From a virus (lineage: Duplodnaviria; Caudoviricetes): DNA of 56,404 nucleotides. Location of the stretch: IMG/VR virus record IMGVR_UViG_3300012359_000004, positions 1-56,404 of that record. One strand, 5' to 3'. Under the pieces are notes generated by a model. It ran no database searches. It saw nothing but the letters and a program-made list of their open reading frames with translations, and had not been told where the DNA came from. Below are positions 17,892 to 28,280 of the stretch, in pieces. Both the position numbers and the translations under genes were made by a program. Each line of letters starts with the position of its first letter. The stretch's first letter is position 1.

Positions 17892-18195
17892 GGATTATCC
17901 GGCCATGTGTCTCAATACGGCCCATGCATTCGCCAGTCCGTTTGAAGTTGTTTTTGCTACGCGCACCGATGCCTGCTGGCTGTACTGGTGCGAGGATTGT
18001 AGACACCGTGGACAGCTTTTAGACTGGGGAGCCGCGGCAAACTTTCCTGAGATAGCGATACATCCCTATGCGATAGCGGAGGGTATAGGCTTCTGGCAAA
18101 CGGCTGCGCTTCTCGGTAGTGACGACATGATCTGGATGTTTTTGGGGCTTATCGAGATGCTTGATATGGAGATACGAGAGGAAGCAAGCGTATGA
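17881..18195 (+). CDS. hypothetical protein
   Basis: overlaps dnaB end. Confidence 0.6.
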   Translation: MTSEDYPAMCLNTAHAFASPFEVVFATRTDACWLYWCEDCRHRGQLLDWGAAANFPEIAIHPYAIAEGIGFWQTAALLGSDDMIWMFLGLIEMLDMEIREEASV

Positions 18196-18410
18196 CTTGG
18201 ACAATCATTGTTACCGTGAGCGCATCTGTCCTGCTCATCGCCGCCTTCGTGGCCGATCTGCGAACCATGCAGACCGAGCACGAGGCGAAGCAGCCACCAA
18301 TGGAGCTTGCCGAGTTCAGATCCGCTTTGAAACGATTGGATGATTTCACAGAGACCGAGATATGGAAGTTGTACGGGGTGTATCGAAATAGGGGGAGAGT
18401 GAAGGTATGA
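18192..18410 (+). CDS. small protein with N-terminal TM helix
   Basis: ATGA overlap, hydrophobic N-terminus. Confidence 0.6.
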   Translation: MTWTIIVTVSASVLLIAAFVADLRTMQTEHEAKQPPMELAEFRSALKRLDDFTETEIWKLYGVYRNRGRVKV

Positions 18411-18643
18411 ACATCCGAAATTACTGGCAGCAAGGGGCAGAGGCGTATCAGGCTTTCAAGTATCAGCAGACCATGGAAAAGTTGGATGCTGAGCTTAACG
18501 CCATTATTGCAAAACAGTCGAGTTATCCGTGCAAATGTGAAAAAGTGGATGCTTACCACTGCTATGCAGAGAAGCACGATACATTTGAGATTGATGACAA
18601 TAAGTTTTGTCGGTGTCGTTGCCATAAGACAAAAGAGTTTTAA
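18407..18643 (+). CDS. Cys-rich hypothetical protein
   Basis: CKC..C..CRCRCH; ATGA overlap. Confidence 0.6.
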   Translation: MNIRNYWQQGAEAYQAFKYQQTMEKLDAELNAIIAKQSSYPCKCEKVDAYHCYAEKHDTFEIDDNKFCRCRCHKTKEF

Positions 18644-18693
18644 GGAGAAATACATGACCACAGAACAGCAGTAGACAGCGATTAGGGGGATGT

Positions 18694-18972
18694 ATGCCTG
18701 AGCAGCTATCACTGTGGGATGCCCCAGCGCCTGACACCTACGAATTTCCGTTCAGTTGGGCCGATGACGATCAGTCTCTGCCACAACTTGAACGGCTTGC
18801 GGGATTGCTCAAGCAGCATGGACATACGGCAAGGGATGACAGTGGTACGCTTTGCCGATTTAGGGTGGATTCAACGCGCATTGCTGACGGGAAAGTCTAC
18901 GGAACATGCATATTACTGCCAAGTCTCAACACGGTGATGAGCAATCCGCAAGACGATGAAGACGACTGTTGA
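18694..18972 (+). CDS. hypothetical protein
   Basis: GGGGGA RBS. Confidence 0.55.
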   Translation: MPEQLSLWDAPAPDTYEFPFSWADDDQSLPQLERLAGLLKQHGHTARDDSGTLCRFRVDSTRIADGKVYGTCILLPSLNTVMSNPQDDEDDC

Positions 18973-19024
18973 AAATAGTATAACGCTGTGTTGCATCAAA
19001 AGAAACACGAGCTCAGGGGGATGT

Positions 19025-19402
19025 ATGACCACAAAAACACAAACTCACACGTGCTCGGTGTCCGGTTGCACCGAGCCGACGCACACCATTGGCGGATCGT
19101 GCGAGAAGCACAATGCAGGGTTCCGTGCAAAGTGGCGCGAGGAGCACACCCGCAAGCCAGGAGACACCCGCAAAGGCTGGCTCATCGGTGATCGGTGCCA
19201 GGTGAAGCTCGGCAAGATCACCTATGACGCGGAAATCATCGACATGAGCAATGTTATCCGCTCAGAGTCCAATTACCACTTGGAGGTACATCTTCGGCTC
19301 ACCAAGACGGTGAAAGGGCTCGACGGGAAGCCCTACGCCTCAACGTGGGTGCATCCAGAGCCTGTCCAGTCCTATAAGCTCAAAAAGGCATTGTTGAAGT
19401 AG
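19025..19402 (+). CDS. hypothetical protein with N-terminal zinc finger
   Basis: CSVSGC..CEKH. Confidence 0.65.
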   Translation: MTTKTQTHTCSVSGCTEPTHTIGGSCEKHNAGFRAKWREEHTRKPGDTRKGWLIGDRCQVKLGKITYDAEIIDMSNVIRSESNYHLEVHLRLTKTVKGLDGKPYASTWVHPEPVQSYKLKKALLK

Positions 19403-19488
19403 TCAATGGCTGGCCCAATGAGAGCCAGCCCAAGCCCTGGTATCGATTCAAGGCTCGGTATTGAAACGAGCCAAGAAGGGAAACACAC

Positions 19489-20145
19489 ATGTCAAAGTTT
19501 CAGATCCAACGGAAGCATAGCAACATTGGTTTGTTCATGGTCATTTCACTGGCCTATATCGCGTTGCTGTTGCTGTTTGGGTGGCAAACGTGGGAATTCG
19601 TCAACTTTTTATTCCCTGATGACCAGCTTCTGATGAAGCTGCTTACCGTCTTCTCATTCGATGTCATGGCCCTTATTTGGGGCTGTGCACATATCTTTTA
19701 TCGGTTCGCCCATCCTCACGCAAAAACGGCCGTAGGCTGGGGCTGGGCGATTACCAATATTCTTTCGTTGGTCGCAACCATCTTGTATATGGTCATTCAG
19801 TCGATGTTTCGCTTTCACGTAGTGGTGAGCACCGATGTAGTGAACTTCGGGTATGGAGTCACTATCACGGCCTTGGTGTTCAACCTGGCGATGATCGCGG
19901 TGTTTCTGTACAAAGAGATTGCAACGCGCTTCCCCAATGAGGACGAGTTTGAATTGGTGGACGTGCCCAAGAAGCGATCTAGTACGCCTGTTCAACCTGA
20001 TTATGAGCAAATACGGCGTGATGACGAGGCGTGGTTAGAGCGGCAAAAAGCGCGTTGGGAACGGGAGCGACAACAATCCAGCCCTTTATCAAATCCCCAA
20101 GTGGAGACATCAGGCAGCCACGAGGGGAAGAACGGCAACAAGTAG
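19489..20145 (+). CDS. four-TM membrane protein
   Basis: four hydrophobic segments then a charged tail. Confidence 0.8.
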   Translation: MSKFQIQRKHSNIGLFMVISLAYIALLLLFGWQTWEFVNFLFPDDQLLMKLLTVFSFDVMALIWGCAHIFYRFAHPHAKTAVGWGWAITNILSLVATILYMVIQSMFRFHVVVSTDVVNFGYGVTITALVFNLAMIAVFLYKEIATRFPNEDEFELVDVPKKRSSTPVQPDYEQIRRDDEAWLERQKARWERERQQSSPLSNPQVETSGSHEGKNGNK

Positions 20146-20174
20146 CGCCTGAAATCGACGGTGGAGCGGAAGCA

Positions 20175-20615
20175 ATGGACGCTCCACCTGATGCGGAACC
20201 CGAATTGTTTGAAGGTGAAAACAATTCGGGTAGGGAAGAGGAACCCGAATTGTTTGAAGGGCCTGAACAGCCAGTACAAGCAGGTTCAGGCAAAATTAAA
20301 AAACTCGGTACTGTTGGAAGAAAAAGGAAATATGAGCGACCTGGGAATGATGGTATTCCCCCTGTAAAGGATGTGGTTGTATACCGTTACAAGATGGGTC
20401 GTCATTGGCCTGGGATGTCTCAGGACATGAAAGAGTGGTACGAGTGGTACTACTTTACAAAGCCAATAAGAACGGAAAGGGCAAAAGATGCACGAGACTA
20501 CGAACGGCATGTCAAAGCCTGGGAGCGGGGGCGTAAGTGGATCGCCGAAGAATGTGGCATTGAAGCCCTGGGAGATAGCCGTAAAGTTATTGCCATTAGA
20601 AAGCGGTCCAGTTAG
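20175..20615 (+). CDS. hypothetical protein with EPELFEG repeats
   Basis: GGAG RBS; basic/aromatic C-terminal half; start uncertain. Confidence 0.6.
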   Translation: MDAPPDAEPELFEGENNSGREEEPELFEGPEQPVQAGSGKIKKLGTVGRKRKYERPGNDGIPPVKDVVVYRYKMGRHWPGMSQDMKEWYEWYYFTKPIRTERAKDARDYERHVKAWERGRKWIAEECGIEALGDSRKVIAIRKRSS

Positions 20616-20828
20616 CGTCGAACTAGCGTCTGATGCTCAGTTTCAAGCCTGGATGGATGCTAGCGGATTGAATGATCTGGTAGATGATGACGGAATAGCA
20701 GGATGGTCATTTGATGATCGAGTGAGGGTTATCAATTTCGCAATCAAGCAGGGAAGAACACTCAATTTTGCTGATGAAAACAATTCCAATAATTCGGTTA
20801 GCAAGACAGAACCCGAATTGTTTGAAGG
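20196..20828. repeat. three copies of a 20-mer plus inverted half-copies
   Basis: GAACCCGAATTGTTTGAAGG at 20196, 20241, 20809; inverted AAACAATTCGGGT at 20219. Confidence 0.9.
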
Positions 20829-20856
20829 TGATAAACCCGCTTCAGAAGCGATGTGA
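20488..20856 (+). CDS. hypothetical protein (start uncertain)
   Basis: ORF ending in a third EPELFEG copy. Confidence 0.5.
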   Translation: MHETTNGMSKPGSGGVSGSPKNVALKPWEIAVKLLPLESGPVSVELASDAQFQAWMDASGLNDLVDDDGIAGWSFDDRVRVINFAIKQGRTLNFADENNSNNSVSKTEPELFEGDKPASEAM

Positions 20857-20865
20857 GGTTGACTT

Positions 20866-23797
20866 ATGAGTAACGCTTGTGAAACACATGTCCACGGAGA
20901 GTATGTAACATTTCCATCGAGCGGCATCTATCATCTAAGTGAAAGTGATCTAGAACATACGCGCTGTGGTCTGTTGCTTTTCCATCCATACCATTTGAAG
21001 AATGGACTGATTGTTGACGCCTTTGAGGGAGGGGTGCCATTTCCCTCTTTTCATCAACCTATTCCAGAAGGTAGGAGGCTATGTCTCCATTGTCAGAAAA
21101 GAGAGGAGCAAGCTACATGAGCTTAGAAGATGAATTATTGGAACTCAACAGCGTCTATCACAACCAACGTGAACGTATGGCCCAACTCGAAGCCATCTTG
21201 CGCGAATACGTGAAGCTGCTCGATGAGTACGAAAAGCATTTTTTCTTTCGCGCCACAGAAGAGGCGAGGGAAGCCCTTCAGAAACGCGCAAAGAAATTGT
21301 TAGGAGGGAAATGAACAAACGCATCATGTTCGCTCTCATCGGGCTCGTGCTCGGCCTGATTGCCTGGTATCTGCTCGTTAGGATGGGATTAGTCATCAAT
21401 TGAAAGGGGAATTATGAGCGATTTAACTGACCAGGAAATAGCCGAAACGCTTGCGACTTACTTGAATGACATTGATGCAAAGATATGTCCACACTGCAAA
21501 GCTGCCATTGAAGAAGAGAAGCAAGTAGGCAGATGCGTGTACGCCTTGCCCTGTTACCATCGACTCTACCAGGGGAGAGCCAAACGGGAGGAACGGATAC
21601 ATCCGTATTTTCGTGAACAGCAGGAACGAGGTGAATAATTGAGCGGCAGAATAACCACCCTTCGCGCCGAAACCAAAACTGAACGCGAATTGCACAAGAT
21701 TATTAAGCGCAATGCCACCGATGCGATGCTGACTGTAGCGAAGCGGGAATGCATCAACGGCATATTCAAAGATCATGGTCATTGCTACCGGATTAGCAGC
21801 GTCTACCGCGATGAGATCAACCGACTGATCGTCGTCGGCCAATTGGAGGACAAATAACCAATGGCTGAATTATCGCAACAGCAACGCGCATGGCTGGAAG
21901 GCGAAGCGCACGATGTCGCGCAAATCTGCCAGCATATGCAATGGGAGCGGAAGTCGGCCAAAGATCAAATCCTCGCTACCTTTCGTATCGGTGAAGAGGA
22001 ATGGCACGGACAAGTTGATGAACACCAGGACGAGATTGAGGGAATTGTGTGTAGTGCGTTGAATGAGTTTTATGGGATAGAAGTACAGGACAAGTAGAAA
22101 GGGAGAGTGCGGTGATGGCGGAGTGGAAACAGAGGGTAAAGGATATGTTGTTTGATGTATTGTGTCTGCTCCGTCCAACGGAGCGGCCCAGCGAGACGGA
22201 GCTCATAGCCTACGGCAAGGAAATGGAGCGACGGCAACACATGAAAGCGAGCGTGTGGATTGACCCAGCAGTCAAGCCGTGCGCCTATCCACAAGTGGCC
22301 GCATACGAGCCGCCACAGCGTACGACCGACCCGGTGAAAGTGCCGCCCTATCCACATGGCGCGTACTTTCTCCAGGAGAGGAAGCGCTACACGCGGCTCG
22401 TGGATACCGAGACACAAGGATTGCAGGCTCTCACGCAAGAACGAATGCAAGAATTGCTGAGAAAGGTGGAACCGTGAGTAAATGTGCTATGTGCGGTCAG
22501 GTGAAGCATTCTGATATTGAGCCGCACGTGTTTGACAGGACGAAGCGGCTGGTACACATTTGGTGGGATACATCGGTGTGGATATGTCACGAATGCTGGG
22601 TAGATTACCGTGTTGATGCGCTTCTTGCCCCAGTGCGTTTTATGATTTCTAGCAACAGACAATACAGAGGTGAAGAGCCAAGTATGCTTGATCCTGAGCG
22701 CGAGGAAATAGATGTCATTTTTGGGGTAGTAAAAATGCCTAGGGAGTCTAGTGAATGAGCACCCACTTTCTTGTGCTCCACGACCAGGACTACGCTACTC
22801 GTGTGCGTCAAGCCATTGCGCGTGATGTGTGCGCGCTATCCAGCGTCGTTCCACCAGTGGAGAAGAAGCAGCCACGACGGAGACAACGCAAGACCAAGCC
22901 GTTGCCACGTTTCCACGACCGGCAAACAGAAGTCGGCACGTATACGACGGTGCCGAGTATGGAGGATAGATGAGCGGATTACGAGAAAAGTACAAGATCA
23001 GAGAATTTCAGCAGGCTAGATTTGCTCTCGACAGCTACTATACAGCGCTCAATACGCTTGCTTTGCTCATCAAGGCCAACGCTTCCAAAGAGCGTATAGA
23101 CGAGACGGTAATCCAAGCAAAAGAAGCTAGGGCACGACTTGGCAGAGCGATAGGACAATTAGGTTTTACAGTGGAAGATCAGGAGGGTAGCAAGTGAGCG
23201 AACAATACCCAACGCCACAAGAGACGCAGGAATGGCTTGACGAAATTTGGTCATCAGACCCGGACTTGTGGGAATATCTGATGTTCTACGAAGACGAGGA
23301 GCCAGCAAACCTTGATGCACTTGAAGAGAGGCTCTATCTGATGGGAGAACGTGATGAGCGGATCTGAACTATTTTGGACCACCTATTTTATGCTCAGTGG
23401 GATGATCGTCAATGTTGCACTCGTCATGGCCCTGGCGCTGTTCCTGGTCCTCTGGCTAGTTGGCAAAGTGGAGGATGCCCAGCGACGGCGCAAGCTGTAC
23501 GCGGAGCTGAAGCAATCGTTACTTGATGAGATAGAGAGCAGGTGAACCATGCAGCAGAACGATTTGCGAGGCCACAGCCCGCCACAGTATGAATTGTTTA
23601 TCCGGCGTAGCGACCATGCCGCGCTACTTGTGGAGAAGGTATCACGCCGTCGTATTGCGATTAGGAGCGTGCTAGGGAGCCTCAAGGAGTCGAAAGGTCT
23701 CTTTGTGCTGCTGCGAGACAAACGAAGGGTTACGCCTTATCTGATGGGCGATGAGATTCATTATTGCAGTGAGTTTCCAAAAGAGGATGGACGCTAA
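20866..23797 (+). other. run of about 13 small, tightly packed early hypothetical genes (e.g. 20866-21120, 21117-21314, 21414-21638, 21639-21857, 21861-22097, 22115-22477, 22474-22758, 22755-22973, 22970-23197, 23354-23545, 23549-23797)
   Basis: consecutive ORFs with RBSs and ATGA/GTGA overlaps; several have CxxC motifs. Confidence 0.7.
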
Positions 23798-23817
23798 TTG
23801 CTAGCGTCCATCCTCTT
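23781..23817. terminator. perfect 16-bp hairpin at a convergent gene junction
   Basis: AAGAGGATGGACGCTA-attgc-TAGCGTCCATCCTCTT. Confidence 0.7.
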
Positions 23818-24061
23818 CATTTGCGTGGTCAACGGCGCGTCTTCTGCCTCTTGTCGTCCCTACCACATACTGATCAATGTCCACTTTGCGGTAGAGTTTG
23901 CCACGAGCCCCTATCTCGATGCTATCCACCTTGCCAACCCTGGCCAGCCCGCGGGGATAGTTTTTGTCTATCGTGCGACCGCTGTTTTCCGAGAGCCTGA
24001 CCGCGGCCTCCTCCGCGCTGTACCACTCATCAAGATTGATAGCGTGCTGCTTTTTTGCCAT
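23801..24061 (-). CDS. MerR/HTH_17-like DNA-binding protein
   Basis: WYSAEEAAVRL..Y.R.LAR.G....LYRK.DID; divergent from a strong promoter. Confidence 0.7.
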   Translation of the reverse strand: MAKKQHAINLDEWYSAEEAAVRLSENSGRTIDKNYPRGLARVGKVDSIEIGARGKLYRKVDIDQYVVGTTRGRRRAVDHANEEDGR

Positions 24062-24167
24062 ATCAGTTCCTTCTAAATCTTCAAAAACTCGTTTCGTGTA
24101 TACATTATACCATCGAAACGAGTTTTTGCAAAGTGGCAAATATTGCCTCTAAAATGGCTTAAAGGGC

Positions 24168-24196
24168 TTGACTAATTAGCACGTAACGTGTATACT
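24168..24196 (+). promoter_or_regulatory. strong sigma70 promoter
   Basis: TTGACT-17-TATACT with CACGTAACGTG palindrome in the spacer. Confidence 0.75.
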
Positions 24197-24239
24197 TAGA
24201 TCAGTGAAGAACACAAAAAACTTTTAGGGGGACAAATCA

Positions 24240-24752
24240 ATGAGCAGCAAGAGCACCATCGCAAAGGTTCAAGGCAAATCGGCACTGCGCCGTACCAATA
24301 TCGGCCCATCGCAGAGCATTCAAGCGTTAATGGTTCGCATCGAATGGACAGACGCGAAAGTGGTTCGCATCGAAGCTCGCAAGGATTTCGTTCTGCAAGC
24401 CTCTACCGTCCAAGTCAAAAAAGGCGACTACAAGGTTCTGGTAGCAGCCCCCGTAAACATTCAAAAGGGCATGGTGATCTACTTCGTAGCCAGTGATGAG
24501 TTTGAAGGCTACTACTACCTGAACCTTTATTCTGAGGCACGATCAAGCTTCAGTTGCACCTGCCCGAAGTCAGCACAGTTCCATCAGCAGTGTTCGCACC
24601 AGAGCGCTGCTATGGACTTCGTGACGAAGAAATATACCAATCGCATCGAGACTGAGCATCGCATTGATGCTGATCTCGACATACATATCAGTGAGGAATT
24701 AGACGTTGCCCGTCGTGAACGGCAATTTGAGAATTTAGCGAGTGTTGCATAG
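24240..24752 (+). CDS. SWIM zinc-finger protein
   Basis: FSCTCP..CSH. Confidence 0.7.
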   Translation: MSSKSTIAKVQGKSALRRTNIGPSQSIQALMVRIEWTDAKVVRIEARKDFVLQASTVQVKKGDYKVLVAAPVNIQKGMVIYFVASDEFEGYYYLNLYSEARSSFSCTCPKSAQFHQQCSHQSAAMDFVTKKYTNRIETEHRIDADLDIHISEELDVARRERQFENLASVA

Positions 24753-24771
24753 TAAAGAAAGGGATTTTGAA

Positions 24772-25116
24772 ATGAGCACAGTTGAGCAGAAGCAAGCCGA
24801 GTTAGAAGCAGCGTGGGCAGCATTGCAGAGCGTGCCCAGCTACGTGGAACGCTTAGCTAATGTGGTAGAGTATCCCGTTTGCAAGCGATGCAAGCGGCCA
24901 ATTGAGCAGTCTATTGAAGGTGAGTTGATTTGTAATCTGTGTTGGGAGCAAGGCCAGATGAGTGATGAGGAGAGGGAGCAATATAGGCTTATAGAGGAAT
25001 GCCGCAAAGAGCAATGGGAAGAAGCGAAGCGGCTTCAAGCAGAAAAGAAGTGCTTCGTATGTGAGGAGACTATCAACAATAGTCCAGTCGGGCATAAGTG
25101 TTGGTATCTGGCATAG
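24772..25116 (+). CDS. Cys-motif hypothetical protein
   Basis: CKRC..CNLC..CFVC..HKC. Confidence 0.6.
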   Translation: MSTVEQKQAELEAAWAALQSVPSYVERLANVVEYPVCKRCKRPIEQSIEGELICNLCWEQGQMSDEEREQYRLIEECRKEQWEEAKRLQAEKKCFVCEETINNSPVGHKCWYLA

Positions 25117-25161
25117 TAGTTTGCCACGAATGTCGGCAGGCAGAGAAAATGAGGTAAAGTT

Positions 25162-25842
25162 ATGGCAACGGCAAATACACGAGTCGTCAATGGGGTAAAT
25201 ACGCGCCTATTGCATAATAAAGATTACGTTGAGGTGAATGAGAGGGTGCGTATCTTGCACGCTCTAAGGAAGTCAGGGGAGATCAAAGAATTCGAGATGC
25301 TGAAAAGTGAGCCCTTTGAAATTGCTGGCAGGTTAGTATGGATAGTCTCTGCAAAAGTTGATGGTATGCTCTATATCGGCAATGCAGAGGTTAAGTTGGA
25401 TGCGCCTAAGAATTCTCCAGATGGTACAAACCCCTTTGAGTGTGCCGAAACGAGTGCATTCGGGCGTATGCTGGCCTTTGCTGGATTAGGAACGGTAGAG
25501 AGCATCGCTAGTTATGATGAGGTGATGCGCGGACAACCCTTTACAGCAGTCATTGAGGAGCCAAAGAACGGCAATAAGGTTGTAGAGGCTAGGCAGATTG
25601 AAGCCCCTCAACCGAAAGTGAATCCAGTAGCTGTGCTTATGCTTCAGGCGAGAGAAGCCAATTTTGTTGTCGGCAATACGAAAGAGGAGCGTATCAAATC
25701 GTGGAATGATCGGCTCCGCGCCGTATTCCAACGTGACATCACCGACCAGGACTTGTACGAGTCGGAAGCGCTACAAGGCACGCTGCGTGATGCCATTGAA
25801 CGCTACGTTGCCAGGAATGCAGCTGCGACGAGCGGGAAGTAG
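25162..25842 (+). CDS. probable single-strand annealing recombinase (Rad52/Sak-like)
   Basis: KDYVEVNERV..ECAETSAFGRMLAFAGLG..SIASYDEV motif. Confidence 0.65.
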   Translation: MATANTRVVNGVNTRLLHNKDYVEVNERVRILHALRKSGEIKEFEMLKSEPFEIAGRLVWIVSAKVDGMLYIGNAEVKLDAPKNSPDGTNPFECAETSAFGRMLAFAGLGTVESIASYDEVMRGQPFTAVIEEPKNGNKVVEARQIEAPQPKVNPVAVLMLQAREANFVVGNTKEERIKSWNDRLRAVFQRDITDQDLYESEALQGTLRDAIERYVARNAAATSGK

Positions 25843-25888
25843 CGAATAGCGGCCTGGAGCGTGCCTTAACGCTCCAAAGGAGAAAGAT

Positions 25889-26152
25889 ATGTATCATGAT
25901 TCACAGGGACGCGAAATCGAGGACGCGGAAATGGACAACATGCGCCAATCTTGGCGCGATATCGAGGCACAGGCCAAAGTAGACCTGGAAGCCATAGCAA
26001 CCGACCAGGATGCGTATGCCTTCATCGGGAAATATCTCTCGCGAGATTTGCGCGGCAGGTATCTTGCGATCTATCGCAGTGATAGGCAGGAGATGAATCG
26101 AAGTCCAAAGGAAGCGATAGAGAGCCTTCTATCCCTGCCCCCGTTGGAATGA
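25889..26152 (+). CDS. hypothetical protein
   Basis: AGGAG RBS. Confidence 0.65.
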   Translation: MYHDSQGREIEDAEMDNMRQSWRDIEAQAKVDLEAIATDQDAYAFIGKYLSRDLRGRYLAIYRSDRQEMNRSPKEAIESLLSLPPLE

Positions 26153-26191
26153 GGTGAACCGCTAAAGAGCCACAACTGAATATCAGGCAGC

Positions 26192-26220
26192 AGCGCACGC
26201 GAGGCTTCGTGCGCTTTTGT
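26192..26220 (+). terminator. intrinsic terminator
   Basis: AGCGCACG/CGTGCGCT stem followed by T-run. Confidence 0.65.
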
Positions 26221-26284
26221 GTTGCTCCTCACCATGAATATTTCCCAGCTTTCCCAAATTGCCCCTCTTTTCATCGGCAAAGGC

Positions 26285-26313
26285 TTGACAAATATATACG
26301 TATATATTATAAT
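26285..26313 (+). promoter_or_regulatory. consensus sigma70 promoter with palindromic spacer
   Basis: TTGACA-17-TATAAT; ATATATACGTATATAT. Confidence 0.9.
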
Positions 26314-26360
26314 ATAGGACAGAAGTAAGGGAACACTACAAAATCAAAGGAGAAACACAG

Positions 26361-26570
26361 ATGAAGGCAACACGAGACATGATTGGCAAGACGCTTGTAT
26401 TCCAATTGCGCGATGGTGAAGGTTCTGAATGGGAGCCTGAGTTGCGGGGAAAAGTCCTCCGCATCAGTTTTTCCACCGACAACCCGAATGGGATGGTGGA
26501 AGTGAACAAGCCAGGGAACTGGCAAGAGGATGATGGCGGTGAGTACTGTCGGTTCCTGCGAGTCGAGTAA
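26361..26570 (+). CDS. hypothetical protein
   Basis: AGGAG RBS after promoter. Confidence 0.7.
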   Translation: MKATRDMIGKTLVFQLRDGEGSEWEPELRGKVLRISFSTDNPNGMVEVNKPGNWQEDDGGEYCRFLRVE

Positions 26571-26580
26571 GGAGATTTCA

Positions 26581-26997
26581 ATGGCTATTCATGGACCCCA
26601 TATCGGGGAGTATCGCGTAGCAGATGGGGCAGGCCACATCTATGAGCCTGTTACCATTGAACAAGCTCAGAGGCTATTCCTCCGGCTCAAGTATAGCGGG
26701 TTGGTTCCTGCTGTTCATCAGTGGGATGAGGCTAGTCAGTGCTACGAGTTTTCCGAAGTGCTGACTGATGAGATGGACAGTATCCCTCGTTCAGTGCCAG
26801 GGCGTCCCGTCGAGCGAACGGGCGACTACCAGCGCATCACGCTGGAGATCGAAAAGTCGCTCCTGGCCCGGATTGATGCAATGATTGCTCAGGGAGAAGT
26901 TGAAAGCCGTAGGGCATTTGTTGAGCAAGCGGTAAACGAGTTCTTACGAGTTTTTGAAATCTCGCGAAACTCACCCCAAAAAGGCTTGACAAGTTAG
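26581..26997 (+). CDS. protein with C-terminal ribbon-helix-helix domain
   Basis: RITLEIEKSLLARIDAMI..SRRAFVEQAV. Confidence 0.75.
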   Translation: MAIHGPHIGEYRVADGAGHIYEPVTIEQAQRLFLRLKYSGLVPAVHQWDEASQCYEFSEVLTDEMDSIPRSVPGRPVERTGDYQRITLEIEKSLLARIDAMIAQGEVESRRAFVEQAVNEFLRVFEISRNSPQKGLTS

Positions 26998-27014
26998 TTA
27001 AATACGTATATAAT
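26986..27014 (+). promoter_or_regulatory. consensus sigma70 promoter
   Basis: TTGACA-17-TATAAT, TACGTA in spacer. Confidence 0.9.
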
Positions 27015-27048
27015 TAAGATAAGAACACAGTCAAGAGGAGAAACACAA

Positions 27049-27492
27049 ATGGACATCGATCAGCTGATGAGCAAGCACTCAAGCAACTATTGCTTTCACG
27101 GCGTGCGCTCTGCGACATTGAGTCGTCTGATTGCTCAGAGCAACGGTTCCATCGCCCTTTGGGGGACCGACCACGACGAGCACATTGATAATCAAGATGG
27201 TGAGTTGGATGCCAAGTACGTACAGGGCGAGGGCTTCTTGTACGTAACGGACATCTCCGATCTTGAGATGAGCTTCAATGAGTTCTGTGATGAGGGCGGG
27301 GTAGTCCTGGTACTTGAGAAGCAAGTTGCAGATCCATTTGAATTCATCCATGAGGATGACAGCCGCCAGCACATCATTCAAGTGCAGGAGTGGAAAGTCA
27401 TCGGTAGCCTTCGTCCGGTGGTTGATGAGGATGGCGAAGTGATCGATCAAGAGTGTTTCTCCCTTGACGAAATCTTGAATGAAGAATTTTAG
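27049..27492 (+). CDS. acidic hypothetical protein
   Basis: GAGGAG RBS; D/E-rich. Confidence 0.75.
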   Translation: MDIDQLMSKHSSNYCFHGVRSATLSRLIAQSNGSIALWGTDHDEHIDNQDGELDAKYVQGEGFLYVTDISDLEMSFNEFCDEGGVVLVLEKQVADPFEFIHEDDSRQHIIQVQEWKVIGSLRPVVDEDGEVIDQECFSLDEILNEEF

Positions 27493-27504
27493 TTCAGAAA
27501 GGAA

Positions 27505-27927
27505 ATGGCAATGAAGGGGTACCGAGTTTGCAGTAAATCAGAGGCCGAGGTTCAACAGGTAGGTAAGTTCTACCGTATACCCTCTACTGTCAAAGTGGTG
27601 CATTCCGCTCATTCTGGTTTTCATGCGACGCTCGTACCTGAGCATTGGCGTCGCATCCTGAACCACCATATGTGCGAACAGGGCTTAGGCTCGCGCTACA
27701 CGCATACTCTCCTGCTCGAAATTCCAGACGATAGCCTTGAGACGATAAGTGACCCGTTGCCAGGGATGGAATATCGCTTAGAGGATGTATCACGGGTCAT
27801 CGTGCGTGGTATTGCTGGCCCTCAGTGGCCTGTACCTGATTGGGTACCTCAACCTAGGCGGGCAATTGACTGGGAGCCCGAGTCAACCCAGTGGAGTACC
27901 AAAGTTTGCAAATGGCAACCAAAGTAG
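27505..27927 (+). CDS. hypothetical protein
   Basis: AAGGA RBS. Confidence 0.65.
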   Translation: MAMKGYRVCSKSEAEVQQVGKFYRIPSTVKVVHSAHSGFHATLVPEHWRRILNHHMCEQGLGSRYTHTLLLEIPDDSLETISDPLPGMEYRLEDVSRVIVRGIAGPQWPVPDWVPQPRRAIDWEPESTQWSTKVCKWQPK

Positions 27928-28009
27928 AATGGCAAAAGAGATGTAATCTAGTCGCCTCGCCCTCCACAGCGAGGCACGCAGCGGCTCTAAGGCCGGGAAG
28001 GACAGGAAG

Positions 28010-28219
28010 ATGACAAAGGACATTATCAATGGTTTTGAATGGTTAATTTTTAGTGAAGATGAGTTGGAAGCGGCTTCGCGTGCCGCTAAAACAGACAACT
28101 TTGTACGTGTTTCCACAACCTGCGATGGGTGTGGAGGCTACATCGAAGCCTCCGTGAAGCACATCCAGGATCGCAATGCCGATCCTGATGAAACTATCAT
28201 GCATGGCTATTGTCGATAG
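28010..28219 (+). CDS. hypothetical protein
   Basis: CDGCG..HGYC. Confidence 0.55.
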   Translation: MTKDIINGFEWLIFSEDELEAASRAAKTDNFVRVSTTCDGCGGYIEASVKHIQDRNADPDETIMHGYCR

Positions 28220-28244
28220 TCCAATAGCCAGCCCATCAAGCGGC

Positions 28245-28280
28245 AGAGCCTCCTACCATAGAGCGTAGGAGGCTCTTTCT
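28245..28280. terminator. intrinsic terminator between convergent genes
   Basis: AGAGCCTCCTAC/GTAGGAGGCTCT then TTCT. Confidence 0.75.
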
